Assembly (NCBI RefSeq): GCF_018977255.1
Contig: NW_024704742.1
Coordinates: forward strand, 81,904,001-81,968,000
DNA length: 64,000 nt
DNA from: Callorhinchus milii
Lineage: Eukaryota
Direction: 5' to 3'
Under the pieces are notes generated by a model that saw nothing but the letters and a program-made list of their open reading frames with translations, searched no databases and had not been told where the DNA came from. The position numbers and the translations under genes were made by a program. Below, piece by piece: positions 12,301 through 26,296 of this stretch (its first letter is position 1; each line of letters starts with the position of its first letter).

Positions 12301-15300
12301 GAAATAGAGGTTCTAAAATAGTACTTCCCTACATCTGAAATGAGGTCTTGACGGGTATCAGTGGTAGTACTACAGTATTTGAAGGATTAAAACTGTTTAA
12401 AATGGTTATGAATAAAATATTAACACAACCATCTGAATAATTTGAATGCAACTATGTTACTGATATATATTAGAAACAAATCCTATAGAGCAAATGTTCT
12501 CATTAAAACACTGAATTCATCAAAGTCCAAGTCAAACAAAATGTAAATAGATTGCATAGTTCTATTAATTAAGGATTAATGTATCATACCAATACTATAT
12601 CTACACGGAAGAGAGGGGATTAAATATTGCTTAAAGTTTTATAATCAGAAGTTATGCACTGGGGAATTTTTCTATCTAAATTAAACCAACCATGTAGACT
12701 GGCCATCATATAGTTTTAGCAGTGTTTTTCATGTACAGGATTCTTTCTCATAAATGCTCCATAGTATGAATGCTACCTCTATTATTTCAGAATAAAACTG
12801 TACCACCAATAAATAAACTTTGATGCTGCAATTAAACATGTCTGAGGTAATATTACTACCCAATTATCACTTACAGCAGAATGGCTATTTTGGTAGTAAT
12901 TACGACACATTTGTATATGCCACAGTGAATTAAACATAGCCCTGATACATTGGAGCACAAGGATTACAACTCCAATCAAATCTGGCATTCTGTGATAAAC
13001 CGGAAAAAAATTCAGTTTGAAAAAGAAACAATTTTCCCAATGCATCTGAAGTCAGGGTCAACATATGTACCAATAGCAATATGACTGAAGCAGTTCACCC
13101 CACAATGAAACAGAAACACAGACATTTTCAGGACAGGAGCCCTCTTGGACGATCAATTATGTGCCACAGCTACCTCTGCTTTTATTTTCAAAAGGAAAGG
13201 TAGCTGTGGCACAAAAGCAGAGATAGCTGTGTGGCGTTACATTCTTCAGTGGATGTTAAAGATCCCATTATTAATTCCAATTTCTAGTTGTTTCCCCACA
13301 TCATTTACTGATTTTGCTAAGTTAATTATGTCAAAGATTGAGTTCAAGTTTATGCTGAGACCACATTAATCTATGCCATAGTATTTAATGAAACAAGTAT
13401 CATATCTCTGCTCAAGTCGACCAAAGGAAACTTTTCAATTTTACTCCTATCTGTAGAATAGATAGATAGTAATGAGGAGCAACACTGAGGAAAGGACTTT
13501 GAGTTAGGAGTATAGGGAACAAGGTTATAATAGCAAATTCATTATTAGATTTCAGGCGCTGTCATTAGGATGACATGGAAACCAAGGTCCCGTCTGTCTG
13601 TTCAGATTCTCAGTCAGAAGGTTGTGCATTCATACCCCACGTTGGAACTTTAGGGTAACATCTGATGCAGTGCTGCGTATGTGGAGGGAAGGGGGAAGAT
13701 GGGTCGTTACATTCTTCGGGTCCACGTTAAAGATCCCATGGCACAATTCTAAAAAAGAAGCAGTTTCTTTCTTTTTGTATCCACAAGCTCTGGGACCTGC
13801 CCTGTGTGAGGAGTACTACATAAATGCAAGTTGTTGTTGTTGTGTCCTGGACAACAATCCCCCAGATAAAATTGATCATTCAATTCATGGATTTCTGCAC
13901 GACATTACTGTGTACAAATTGGCTGCTGAGATTGTCTATGAAACTCATAAGTCACTACACTAAATCATCCTATGATTTTGTACTTTCAGACATTGTCCTG
14001 ATGTGAAATGTGCTACATCAAATGCAAGATTATTATTATTAATAATAATAGTAAATGAGGACAAGAGTTAAACTTAAGTAAATTGATAAAGGATAGAGAA
14101 ATGACAAAGGAAAAGACCTGTAAGTGGTGTTTGTTTCAGTGCAAATTGTCCTCCAAATAGAGTCTGAAATGTTCGTGGATCTACTCTGTATTTAATGGTA
14201 ATACTATTCCTCTGTTATTTAAAGGCCTATTCATTAATCCATAATGCATTTTTGACAGGAAACTAGTACATAATTTATATAACTATTGATGAATAACAGT
14301 ATTACTTAGGAGTACACTACTTTAAGATTTTTAGAATCTGTTCATTTTTTAAGTTGGTTAAAATTATTGCATTTTATTCGCAACAAGAAAATCACGTGAA
14401 TAGGAATTGCACTCTATACAACGATTCTTTTAGTTTGCACAAGATAAATCATCTACTCATATATATGCAGGGAGAAAAATTCCACTCAGAGTCTCGATTT
14501 ACTCTATATGTCACGTTTCAGAACATACAGAATTTGGCAAATTGTTGAATTCAGTCTGAACTTTGAAGTTGTTTTTCAGTAGCTCAATACTACAGAAAAA
14601 CAGCTTCAAAATTAAAACTATATCTATGAATTTTCCAAAATGTCATCTTATATTGATATTCTTATAAATTGCAATCTTACACATTATTTGACAACATTCT
14701 AAAAGAGAATTATAAATCAAAACCATTGATTTATGGATAATTAAGTCATGAATACTCTGAAAAGTAATGATAAGTAATATTACGGGAATAATTCACCATG
14801 AGGCTTATCCTCTTCTTATATGTCAAGAACAACATTTTACATTCATATTCATTTCACATCCTTATATTTGACAATACACTTCACAGGATATACAGTAAAG
14901 GGTGGTGACTGTGTATTTCGTGGGCAAATACGGTTGCCAATTCTGCAAAGCAAAGTCTCACAAAGGGCACAAAGTGATTTTCTTGGAAGATTGCCAGCTA
15001 GGACACTGGGAGAAGCTCATTTCTCTTTTCAAATTCTGCTATAGCTTCTTTAATGTCCTCCTGAACACGGATATTTGTTTAACGTCCCATCTGAAGGACA
15101 TCACAACTGACAATAAAGTCACTGGTGTGACCACCACTCTGAACTCCACATACAGTCCATTACTGCACTGTTGTGGAAGCATCCAGTGAAATCCAAGCAA
15201 TTTATGAAGAAGATGATCACCTTCCTTAGCCTTTTGAGTACTGAAGGCCCTTGTAGCTTTCGATACATCATAAAGCTCACGTCGAAGCACATACTATTCC

Positions 15301-17162
15301 GAGATTATCTCATAAAAATTCAACTGATTATCCAGCAGAATTTGAAACAGAGATTCGGGACTTGGACCTGTAACTTTCTGTCTCAAAAACAAGAGTGCTA
15401 CTAATTGAGCCAGGCTGGCACACAATAAACCCACAATAAACCCACAAATAAACTCCTTTTAAAGATAATCAACAACAACAACAAGATTACATTTGTATGG
15501 CGCCTTTCACGTCGGATCAAGGCATTGATCTGAGTTATTGCTTTTTGTGGAGGACTCTGCTTCTTGTGAAGTCCAAAATGTTCATGCTTGGCAACTACCA
15601 GATTCCTTTTATATGAAATACGCATTCAGTTCTCAAGAAGAGCTATCCATGAATGTTTAAGATGCTATAAATAGTGTTTAAAATCAAAAGGACATAGAGC
15701 ATCCACTGCAATCCAAACAATTTCAAATCCATTGCAGTTTATGAGGAAGATAATCACCTCCTTTAGCCTTTTGAGTACTGAAGGCCTGTGGATAGCTTGT
15801 AAAGGGTCCAGAAACTAATCCCCACTTTCAAATAAAGAACAATAAAATGGTCAACTGCTGGGTATCAGGTCTCTGCTTACAGCACTTCCTGTGCACATGC
15901 CTACAAGCCAGGAGCAATGCTGACATCTCTTCATTCAAAAAATGACCTTAGTAGTGCTTCCTGTACATAGCACACATGCAAAGAGCACAGGAAGTTACAT
16001 CAGCGATGCTGCAGGTTTCACAAAATGTGACAGCTGTCACAAACTATTGACCCAAAATACAGACTTTTTTTTTGTGTGGGAAGCTGACAACTCAGCACCA
16101 GAAGCCAACTTTACCCCATTTCTAGTTAGCACAAGTCTCCAATACACCTGAGCTTTAAGAGGATCTGCTCTAAATCGGGACACATTCTGGTGGAACTTTC
16201 AGTCTGATTTAGATACTCTTATCTTAAGAATGATGATGGGATTCCGCGTGCGCCTGTCACCCAGGATAACCTGCAAGTCTGAACTCCAAAATGTTCAGTC
16301 ATAACGTACCACAGAAAGCACAGCTCCAGGTTTTTTTTCTTACTTTGCCAGTGTGAGGAATGTTGAAATATATTGTGTTATGACTGAAATGTCATCTGTT
16401 CCATCTGTTCAACTAATACTGAAATGTTGGTCTAGTGTTTCAGGGAACTTCAGAGAATAAAACTGAAAATTAAACAAGTAATGACAACAGGTGGATATTA
16501 TATTCTTTGTGATAGCACTATTCTGCCGGGTGTCTGACACATACAGAAACCCATTACTATGCTTACAAGTTTCTAAACCAGTCTGAGAGTCCCCATATGT
16601 ATGCCACCTATACATTTTCGCTATGAAGGCAACGACATGTGAATTCTTTCTCTGGAGGAAATTTTCTTGTTTTCCTAATTCCAGAGTATATTATGCACAA
16701 ATTGGCAAGAGCCAATGCCTGGGAACCCCAGAATTCTGGATTGGAACACTGCTAGATTTTACACAGCTTAAACCACATAGATTGCCATTGAGTGCAATGT
16801 CCCACTACTTGTCCAGCCTGGACCACCCTAGCCTGAAGTGACTTAGTTTGCAGGCTTAGCAGGAATTGAGTGTGAAGAATCCCTGGACCGACTGATTGGT
16901 CTGTCCAAGATAAGGCTGGCTGGTCTGTCATCAGTAGTGCCCTCGAGTACAGACCCACCTCAGCAGCTGGACTACCAAAACCTCCACAGAGGAATTCTGC
17001 CCATTCAGCTCCAAGGAGAACATGTTTACCTCTAACCCAAGATGGACTGAAATAATTCAAGTCAATCAATCATATGACAAGACATCCTGCAAACTTTCTG
17101 TGTGCCCTTGAAAGGCAGACATACTAAAATCAAAATCTCCATTTAATCTGAGGTCCTACATT

Positions 17163-17484
17163 GTGGAGTCCTGTAGCTCAGTGGTTAGAGCACTCGCTTT
17201 GCAAGTGAGAGACCTGAGTTCAATTCCAGGCAGAGGCGAAACCTTGGGCAAGTTTCCTTACTCCACACGCCTAATAATAATCCTTCCAAAAAACCAAAAA
17301 CAATAATTAAATTGGTCATTTTCAATCTACGACTGTTTGTGGGACATTGCTGTGCGCAATTGGCTGCCGCGTTCGCCCACAAATATACAGTTAATTCACT
17401 TTACAGTGTGTTCTGTGAAGCGCTTTGGGACGTCCGCCCGACGTGAAAAGCGCTATATCAAATGCAAGGATTATTATTATTATT
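17163..17484 (+). mobile_element. Young full-length tRNA-derived SINE, short variant
   Basis: A-box TAGCTCAGTGG, B-box GAGTTCAATTCC, TGC-centred anticodon-like loop, tail GTGAAGCGCTTTGGGACG...CGTGAAAAGCGCTATATCAAATGCAAGG(ATT)n; possible TSD TACATT at 17157-17162 / 17484-17489. Confidence 0.9.
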
Positions 17485-18629
17485 ACATTATTTATCCATG
17501 AACAGTTGCCTCTCTCGCGAAAATGTCTCCAAGATCACAACAGCTCTAGAACATCATTTTCCACACAACATTCAATTATCTGCACTTATTCTGCTAACCC
17601 TTAATCCTGTTCGTAACCAGATATTCATTCGGCTCTCTTTTAAAAGATTTAATCCACACAGCATTGATACCTTCAGATGAGAGTCTATTTTGCATACCCA
17701 CTATGCTGGGGAAAAAATCTTTTTAATCTCAAATCTTGCTTAAGGCTTGTTCATTTTAGCACTCAAGTTCCCTAGTTCCGGGCTCAAGTTAAATAACCTA
17801 CTTGCATTTACATTATACATTCCTCTCAGCGTTCTACTAATTAAACCCTTCCATAACTCACAAAGCCAAGATTTATATTGCTGTCATGCAATTTTAGTAC
17901 GAGCTGATCGTTCTTGTATCTTGGCCTTTAAACTGCTGGTGGCTAGATTTGGAGTGGAGCTTTTCGGTTAGGGTATTTGAGCAATAATGGGGAAAAGATT
18001 AAGATTCATTTTATTTGGACATAAAATAGCAAATATAAATATGGAATTTCTTTCATGTCCAATGTTGAGGGATTGATGATCTATAAATAAGATATATGAA
18101 AATGCATTTGCACCCTAACTGCCCAAGAATAGCTTTTTACAGTGTTCAGCATCATTGATGATGTATATTTTGGAATGGTATAACTCATTATGGTATAACT
18201 TTTGTGTTTTTAATTTTATTTTACACTTTCCTTTTCCTCCTGGTATTGTTCTTAGTTTCTCCTTTCTCCTTTTTCTTTCTGATATCTACCTTGCAATCGT
18301 ACCTTTTGACCGCTTCTGTTAATGCACTTTATTGATTTCAGGTTACCTTTCAACTTTTGTGAGATTATCGGCACAATTGGCAAGATAAATATTATCAGCC
18401 TATTTGTCATCTTGTCTAAACAGCAATCTGATGGCAAAGAAAGTTTTATACCAGAAGTATCCCGATTAGCATTATCTCAAGCAAAACTTAACTCTCTTTG
18501 AGCAAAATTCAAATTACAATGTTAAACCCAATACAATTTGTGTACGAAAACATTAAATAACAACAACAAATTACATTTGTTTAGTGCCTTTCACGTCGGG
18601 ATGACGTGAACTAACAGTATCAAAGCACA

Positions 18630-18965
18630 ATAATAATCCCTGTACTTGATATAGAGTGCTTTGCATTCGGAGGAAAATGCTTCACAGGATTTATAAGTGA
18701 ATATAGCAGCCACCAATGGCTCACAAACAGCTATGGAATTAATTCAACTTTATTTGAAGGAACACCCGGAGAAACTTCCTTCTCTTTTTAAGAAATGCCG
18801 TGGGATCTTCAACGTTCACAGGCAGACGAGGCTTTGGTTTAAGGACGCCAAGGGACGGCATCTCCAACAATACAATCATTGCCCCCAGCACTGCACTGGC
18901 ACGTCAGTTTAGATTGTGAGTTCAAAATCTCAAAGTGGGCTTTGAACCCTCAACTTACTGACTCA
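18630..18965 (-). mobile_element. Deu-domain SINE, decayed
   Basis: Similar to 11890-12300. Confidence 0.55.
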
Positions 18966-21900
18966 GTAGAATTTATTCTTACTCTGAGTGAAAATTTGGA
19001 GGAAGGGCAGAAACATGCAACAACAACAAATACTCCACCATTACTTTCTTTTCTATATTTGATTACAAATGTTGTGTTATGCTTAAAAGTGTTAAATCCA
19101 TAAACCTCATTCACAAACTCCCTAAAATGTATAAAAAGTATACATGTGTCTTGCTGCACAATCATATTTATGTTGACTTCATGTTCCACCGACAAACTGA
19201 AGTTGGTTGCTTGATAGATTATTTTTTATTAAAATAATTGATGGCTTTAAGAAATCTTCTGTGTGCATCAGTCTGATTTTGTCTTAAGTGCTGAGATTAA
19301 TCACAGTTTCAACACTTTTGACTTCACTAAATCGTGGGAGACAATAAAGACCGTCAGACATTTCAAGATGGTTCACTTGTTTGAATATATTGGCTGTTAA
19401 ATTGAGATTAATGGATACCCAGAAATAAGTACCAGGTAGTAATCTCATTGAGGGGTTCGGATTCCAACATAAATCATGAGGCAAGTTTAAGTGATTTATA
19501 GTGGTCATCTGAACCTTCAGTACAGGTTGATGCCGGAAAAGCATTCCTGCATATTCAACAGATTTGGTAATGTGCATCTTAGATTTTGTATATTGCCAAG
19601 CTTAGTAGCCCCAATTTATTTTTGCTCTTTGCTCTTTTGCGCCTTGAATTAGCACAAAACAGTGTTCTGCAAATCGTACTTAGGCACTACAAAATAATGT
19701 TTACAATGTACTTGCGTGTGCAGAACTAATGTGTACCCATGAACGTGCTTAATGCATATTAACGTACAGTGATGTAAAGATAAAGGAGCCCCAATCTTCT
19801 CCCATTTTGTAACTAGCACTAATGTTTAATCATACAAATGAACCCATTATATCTCTTATATCGCGTTAACTAAAACTGTCTTTCAATCTTACATTGATTA
19901 AGGCAAGAAAGCAGCACGGGAGCAATCTCCATTCTTTCATATTTTGCTGCCAGCTCTCGTGGTGCTAATTAATTTTTAAGCGGAATTCTATTTTATTTTA
20001 TCATGAAAGCGCATGCTTTGGGTTAGTCATTATTGATGGAGGTGGAAAACTTTCAAAGTCATACAAGAATGTGTCAAGGCAACTGCCTTTAACACCCTTT
20101 CTTACCACCTACAAATAGAAAGAAAAAAGAACTTTTGCTGCAATTTTATGGCACCACAGCACATCAAAACAACTCGAGTAGCTTCACCGGTAATTGTCTT
20201 CAAGTGTAGTGATTGTTTTTGAAGTCAACATGGCAGCCATTGCTCAAGCAAGGTTCCACAAACTGCCATGAAGGTGAAATGACTAATGTATCTGGGGATT
20301 GTGGGCCAGGCCATTGAGAGAAATTCCCTTCTCTTTTCCAACAGTGTCATAGTATCACTTCATAGCTGTTTGTTGGACATTACTATGTTCAAATTGCCTG
20401 TCACGTTCTCCTACAAAAATACATATCACGATACTTTATAGTAAGTCCTGTTAAGTGCTTTGAGACATCCTCCTGATAATTTTCTGTTTTGCAATTGAGT
20501 AGTTTTGACATAGAGCCATTAGAACAGAAATTATTAGAACAGAAAGAGAGCATTCAACTCATCATGTTAGTGCCATGTTATTTTTGTTACATTTCTAATT
20601 AGCCTGTGTTCAATTATTTTATAATGCTCTAATCCTCTCCGCTCTAACATCCACCTCTTAAATCATTCAATTCAGTGACAACTTTCCTCAAACCCTTCCA
20701 GCAGAAAGAGTTTTTCTTGATTTATTCTTTCAAACCCTTTCATTATCTTAAACACTTTATCATATCAACCTCAACCTTCCCTGTTCCAAGGCCTAACTGC
20801 GAGACCTAACTTCTCTAGCAATTCATTATGGATAACAATCCAGTAACTATCTCACTTTTAAGCTTTATCTATTGCAGGATGGAGGTCAGTCAGGCTATGT
20901 GTGAGGGTGAATGAATATTTTGGATAGGTCAAATGTTTTTTTCTTATTCCATGCTGTCTGAAATTCTCAAGTGACCAAAGCTGAATTTAGCAACCACCAG
21001 AGTCCAATGGAAACAGCAGTATTAGAGGCTATTCTATGTCCATTGCTAATGGGATTGATTATTTATAGTCTCCAAGTCCCAAACACAGCTCCTGTTGATA
21101 ACCAAAAATGGGACACATTGACCAACGGGAATCCCATGATAATAATATTCCTTACATGATCTACCTCAGGGCAAGTTAGAAAAGCGCACTTTCAGTTCGC
21201 CCACAAAATACACAGCCAATTCACTTTACAATATATTCTGTGAAGCGCTTTGAGAAGTCTCATAGACATGATAAGGCGCTACATCAAATGCAAGGATTAA
21301 TATCATCATTATTCCAGTTATCCACATGATTCCCTTTTGGAGATTCAGAGGCGACAAAAATCTACCTATGATTTAACAAATCCCATCAGAAATCACTGCA
21401 AATTGGACTACAAAATATCACAGCTTTTACAATTTGGAATGAGTACAAAAGCAAACAACACATTTGGCTTCTATAATTGAAAGAGATCAGATCAAAGCAT
21501 ATCTAAATTTTTTTTTAAAATGCACAACTTGAGCTTTCTAATCGAGAACCTGACTATTCAATGCCAATAAAACCACTGAGACATGCTACAGTTATTGCAC
21601 AAGTCTGTGCATCAGCAAGGCAGTTTCTGACACGATCAGAACCTTCAGAATCTGCCATCTGAAACTGATCTCTTAGCAAAGATAGTATCACGCTTGCTGC
21701 TCCCTGTAGCTATTGAGATGAGTTTGATCATTGCACCAAAATTTACAGTCATTAGGGCGCACTGGAAATAGAATTGCTTGCTGTTTAACTGCTTATTATG
21801 TTTCATTCAACCTGCAGTAATGAAGTCACAGTTTTAAACCCTCCTATGTGAGTGAGTATCATCACAAAACCCCATCAGCAAACACATTGGTGGCTTTTGA

Positions 21901-23105
21901 TAGCACGAAGACTTGGCCAAACAAGAATAAGCTCCAGACCTTAAACTGAACAGGTTATATCATAAATAGATTTATACAGTGCAGTAACCAAATGAAGGGT
22001 TCCAAATGAACACTGTAAACTGGTAGAGGTTGACATTGTTTCAACTCCTTTGGGATTAACTTTACATTTACAATAATTTTCTCTTTACAGACACCAGGGT
22101 CAAAGTGCAGTGATTTCAAATCGGATTTCTTATAATAGCTTATATAATTGCACTCATATAAGGATCAATCACTGAGAGTAGGACAGAAAGAGTGAAAACA
22201 AACAGTCGACCAATAGACCAGAGTCAAAAGATTAGTGGGATGGAGAGGTTACAGAGGAAAGCAGGACAACATCATGTTACAGTGATGTGCACTTATATTT
22301 CTCCACTCACTCAGCTGCTGATTTCAATCATTCTACTGTAGGCATCTACCAAGTAGAGGCCGGTCCTTACAGTAAGGGAGAAATGTACAAAACTTTCCAT
22401 AAAAAAACTGTGGGTTTCATAATAATAATAACTTAAATACTGTGTTTGCTCCAGTTTCTGAGATACACTTACCTTTTATTATTATTATTATTATCATATT
22501 GGAACGACATCTCAGAGCGGTTTACAGGAATTACAGTGAAATGGAGTGACTGTGTATTTGGAGGCAAACGGGGCAACACGATTGCGCACAACAACTTTTT
22601 TCTTGGCTTCTATTACAGAAAAGAGATGTCAAACTAAACTATGGGAACGTTCCATGATCAGACAGGCTTTGTATGGAAGCCAAGGACCAAATGTTTAGTG
22701 GGTCTTGAGAGAGCACAGGTGACCGAGAAGTGAGTCCCCAGACGGCCGGGAGGAGCCCAGTTATACTGTGATCCATGAAATCCCAACCCATGTTACAGTG
22801 AGGTGTGATTGAGTGGGGGGGGTGACTGCACAAGCCCAGAGGGCAGCTAATGTACCTCCTGCGTGTTGGCCGGATCGCGTTCAAAAAGGGGCCTGCTGAT
22901 GTCACTTCCTGCCCACCGCGCAGCGCAAAACGGGAAGTGATGTCATTTCCTGTGATCTGATGAACTGGAAGTCAGCAACGTTTTACTTAACGCGGGAACT
23001 GAAGGTCGATGCTCAAGAGGCTCGTTGGCCTGGCTGTGGACAAACCTGTCGTCACACCATGACTGTGACCCTGGCGGCCACCTCATGACCAGCTTTCAGG
23101 CAGCA

Positions 23106-23395
23106 AACAATGACAGCAACGACAAGATTCCATTTATAGAGCGCCTTTCATGCCGGGAGGGCGTCCCAAGGCGCTGTACAATTGGGTCGGGACCCGAGCA
23201 GAGGGGAAATGGTCAGGGTGAGGGGAGGGAAGGGAGTGAGCGAGGAGAGGGTAGAGAGTCGAGAGGGGAGCTGAAGGCACGGTCAATGAGAAAGGTCTTG
23301 AGACCGTCCTTGAAGGAGGAAAGGGAGGAGGCGGCGAAGGTCCTGGGGGATAGAGTTCCAGAGCCTCGGGGCTGAAGGCCCGGCCACCGATGGCA
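23106..23395 (-). mobile_element. Young L2 3' end, heavily 5'-truncated
   Basis: Close reverse-complement match to about 45810-46100. Confidence 0.9.
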
Positions 23396-26296
23396 CACCT
23401 CGACCGCGCTATAATCAAAACCACATGAAAGACCCCCCCATCCCCCATAGCGCAGCTGGACTGTAAGGAGCATCATGGTGAGGAACAGTCCCCTCCCCTG
23501 CTGGAGGAATTCCTTCTTGAGGATAGCTTGTATGGCAAACATATGCTCTTTAATGATTTGTGCTGATCTTCATGAGGAGGTTAAACAGCATAACCATGGA
23601 CACCACACAAAAGAAAATATAACGTTCTTGAGTGTGACCATCCAGAGCAATCGGGCATCTAAATGTCTGATTCACATAGCCACAGGTTTGGCCAGTAACC
23701 ATGTCTGAATGTACTTTTGTTTATCTGAGGCTTAAGGTATAAATTAATCATAAGAAACAGTTTGAAGTCAAACTTGTTTCCCAGCAGCTGGCCTTGCAGT
23801 GAGATGGTTGGGTTCAAACAAACACATTCAAGAATTGTTAAGAACAATCGAGTCAAATGTTGAACCTGGCATTTTTTGAAGCAATATTCTGGGTGTACCA
23901 CAGCACTGCTTGTGATTAATGTTCCCTATCAGACTGACTGGCAGAGCACAGGTCTTCTCCCTAAGCTTTATACACCCCACCCACTCTGCAATGAAAACTT
24001 GCAATGACAAAACTTTAGCTGTGGGGCTTAGCGTTTCTATAGACTTGCAGAAAAATAAATGAGTCTGCCAGGAACCCAGAAGAGTACATCTGTCATCTTA
24101 AAGTTTAATAAGTTGACTTTCCTTTGGCTGCAGTGGACAACAGCCAGTGTGATGGTGTGGTGGAGCTGGTATACTTCCTCAAAGTGCACTGCTTCTTTTC
24201 ACTCTAACTGCACTCCAAACATCCGGGTGAAACTCACATGCAAGTTATTGCCTAACTAGTCTCTAAATTTGGGAAATCTACAAATTTGGAACATCCAAGA
24301 AGCACTCTTTCCATAATGAAGAGAGATAATAAGACCCGTAACACGTGTTAACTACTCCAGAAGTGACATATCCAAATCAAAGTCCTCTTTTTCGTTTAAA
24401 CAAGGTAAATACAAAATTCATTGTGGGAGGCAGGGAATGCTGTGCATTTGCTTGCAAGAACAAAACTGATAAGAAATGTCCTTCCTTACAGAGCAAACAA
24501 TTTAAAGTGTCTCACCCAAATCAGCTTCATTGGATAGAAGTGTGTCAAGGAAAGTAATACATATAATGTAAGGATTTCATCAAAGTTTTATCAAGAAAAT
24601 CTGCAAATAGTTTGAAATAAATCTTAGCAGATCATGTTTCTACATGACTGCAACACAAAAACAAAAAAAAAATTACATTTATAGAGCGCCTTTCACGTCG
24701 GAAGGACGTCCCAACTGCAGCACAGTTCCATAAATTCAATCTCTCAACTCCCCAAAAAGATCAGTCTCTTCAGTTTTGTTAAAATAAATATTAAGTCAGC
24801 AGTTAAAGTAAATGTAACCAGTCCACTGGGAACAATTTCCGTGCCCATCTATAAGCATCCTAATATTTTGGACTTATTACAACTTTTTGTCTTTTTACAC
24901 ATTGAAGTATGATTAATGAAAATCGAAACTTTAAGATTTTTTTTAAAAAACAAAAATTACCAATGAGCACCAGTCTCACAATTCTGGAGGTAACAAGACA
25001 TTTAAAAGTAAATCAATGTGAGTTAGGGCTCTATCACACAAGCCATAATATGAACAATAAGTTTGATCCACTCAAGACAGAAATATATCTGCTTCATTAT
25101 AAGTATTGGAATTACAATCAATCCCCCAAATAAACTTTATCACTCACTCCATAGCTGTTTGTGGGACATTTCTGTGCACAACTGGCTGCCTAGTCCTGTC
25201 CCAAAAATACACAGTTAATCCACTTTATATTATATCCTGTGAAGCTCTTTGAGATGCCTTGATGACATGATAAGGCACTATATCAAATGCAAGGATTTTT
25301 ATTATTATTCATTCAAAAATATATTTTAAAATTACTATTGGATCCTATTTGTACCCATCACAAAACAAATAGTGTGTTGTCAGTCACAATCTCGAGTTTG
25401 AAACCCCAAACCATGTGTCCATGTATTGATCTTCCCAGACACATAGATTTATTTAACTAACTAAATAATTAATAATAGTTTGGTCACTCAATCCATGACT
25501 GTTTGTGGGATAATGTTGTGGGCAATTGACAGCCGCGTTTCGCCCACAAAACACACAGTCATTTCACTTGACAATATATTTCTTGAAGCGTTTTGAAATG
25601 TCTCCAAGACATGATATGGTGCTATATCAAATGTAAGGATTATTATTATTAACTGGAAATGAAGACTTGCTTTTGCAAAAAAGAGAACATTTGCAATACA
25701 TATAAAAAATGTGTTTACCAAGAAGGCTTTGAGGCCACTTCTGATAAATCATAAGTTGTTAGAAATAAAAACATTCTTAAGTAGTTTTCTTCCATTATTA
25801 TTTTCCCAAAGTCCATCACCATGGTGACCAATAGAGCAATATAATTTTCACCAGTGACTGAGTCAGCTCGGTGCCAGAAGTAATTAGGAGTCATTGCCTT
25901 CCCAATTACACACTGTTGACTATAAAGCTTTTCTTCTTTGTCTACGCACCATCTGCCAATTGTGGCATTAGGCGCAATAAGTGAGCCATTATGCTAAGTG
26001 TCACATTCACCAACTTATTCCCTGAGCTTCGCTTTTCCATGCACTTACCTATACAAATCGATTTGAATACGGAGTAGGAATCTGCATTTGGGAAAATAAA
26101 GGTTAATACGAACATTTGTTCAAATCTTATGTTGAAATATTACCTTTCTTACAGACTTAAAACTTTCTACCCAATCCATTATCATTGAAAAAAAATCATT
26201 ACCTTTTGGTTTGTCACATGGCAATAACATGTTTTGGGGGAATCAGTCAAGTGGTATCTAACATGCATGGAAACTCATCATTATGGTTAAGCGTAT

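Noticed and set aside
17165..17235. tRNA-Ala(TGC)-like gene (also at 52731 and 33711)
   Set aside because: No proper acceptor stem; runs directly into a SINE body and tail, so it is a SINE head
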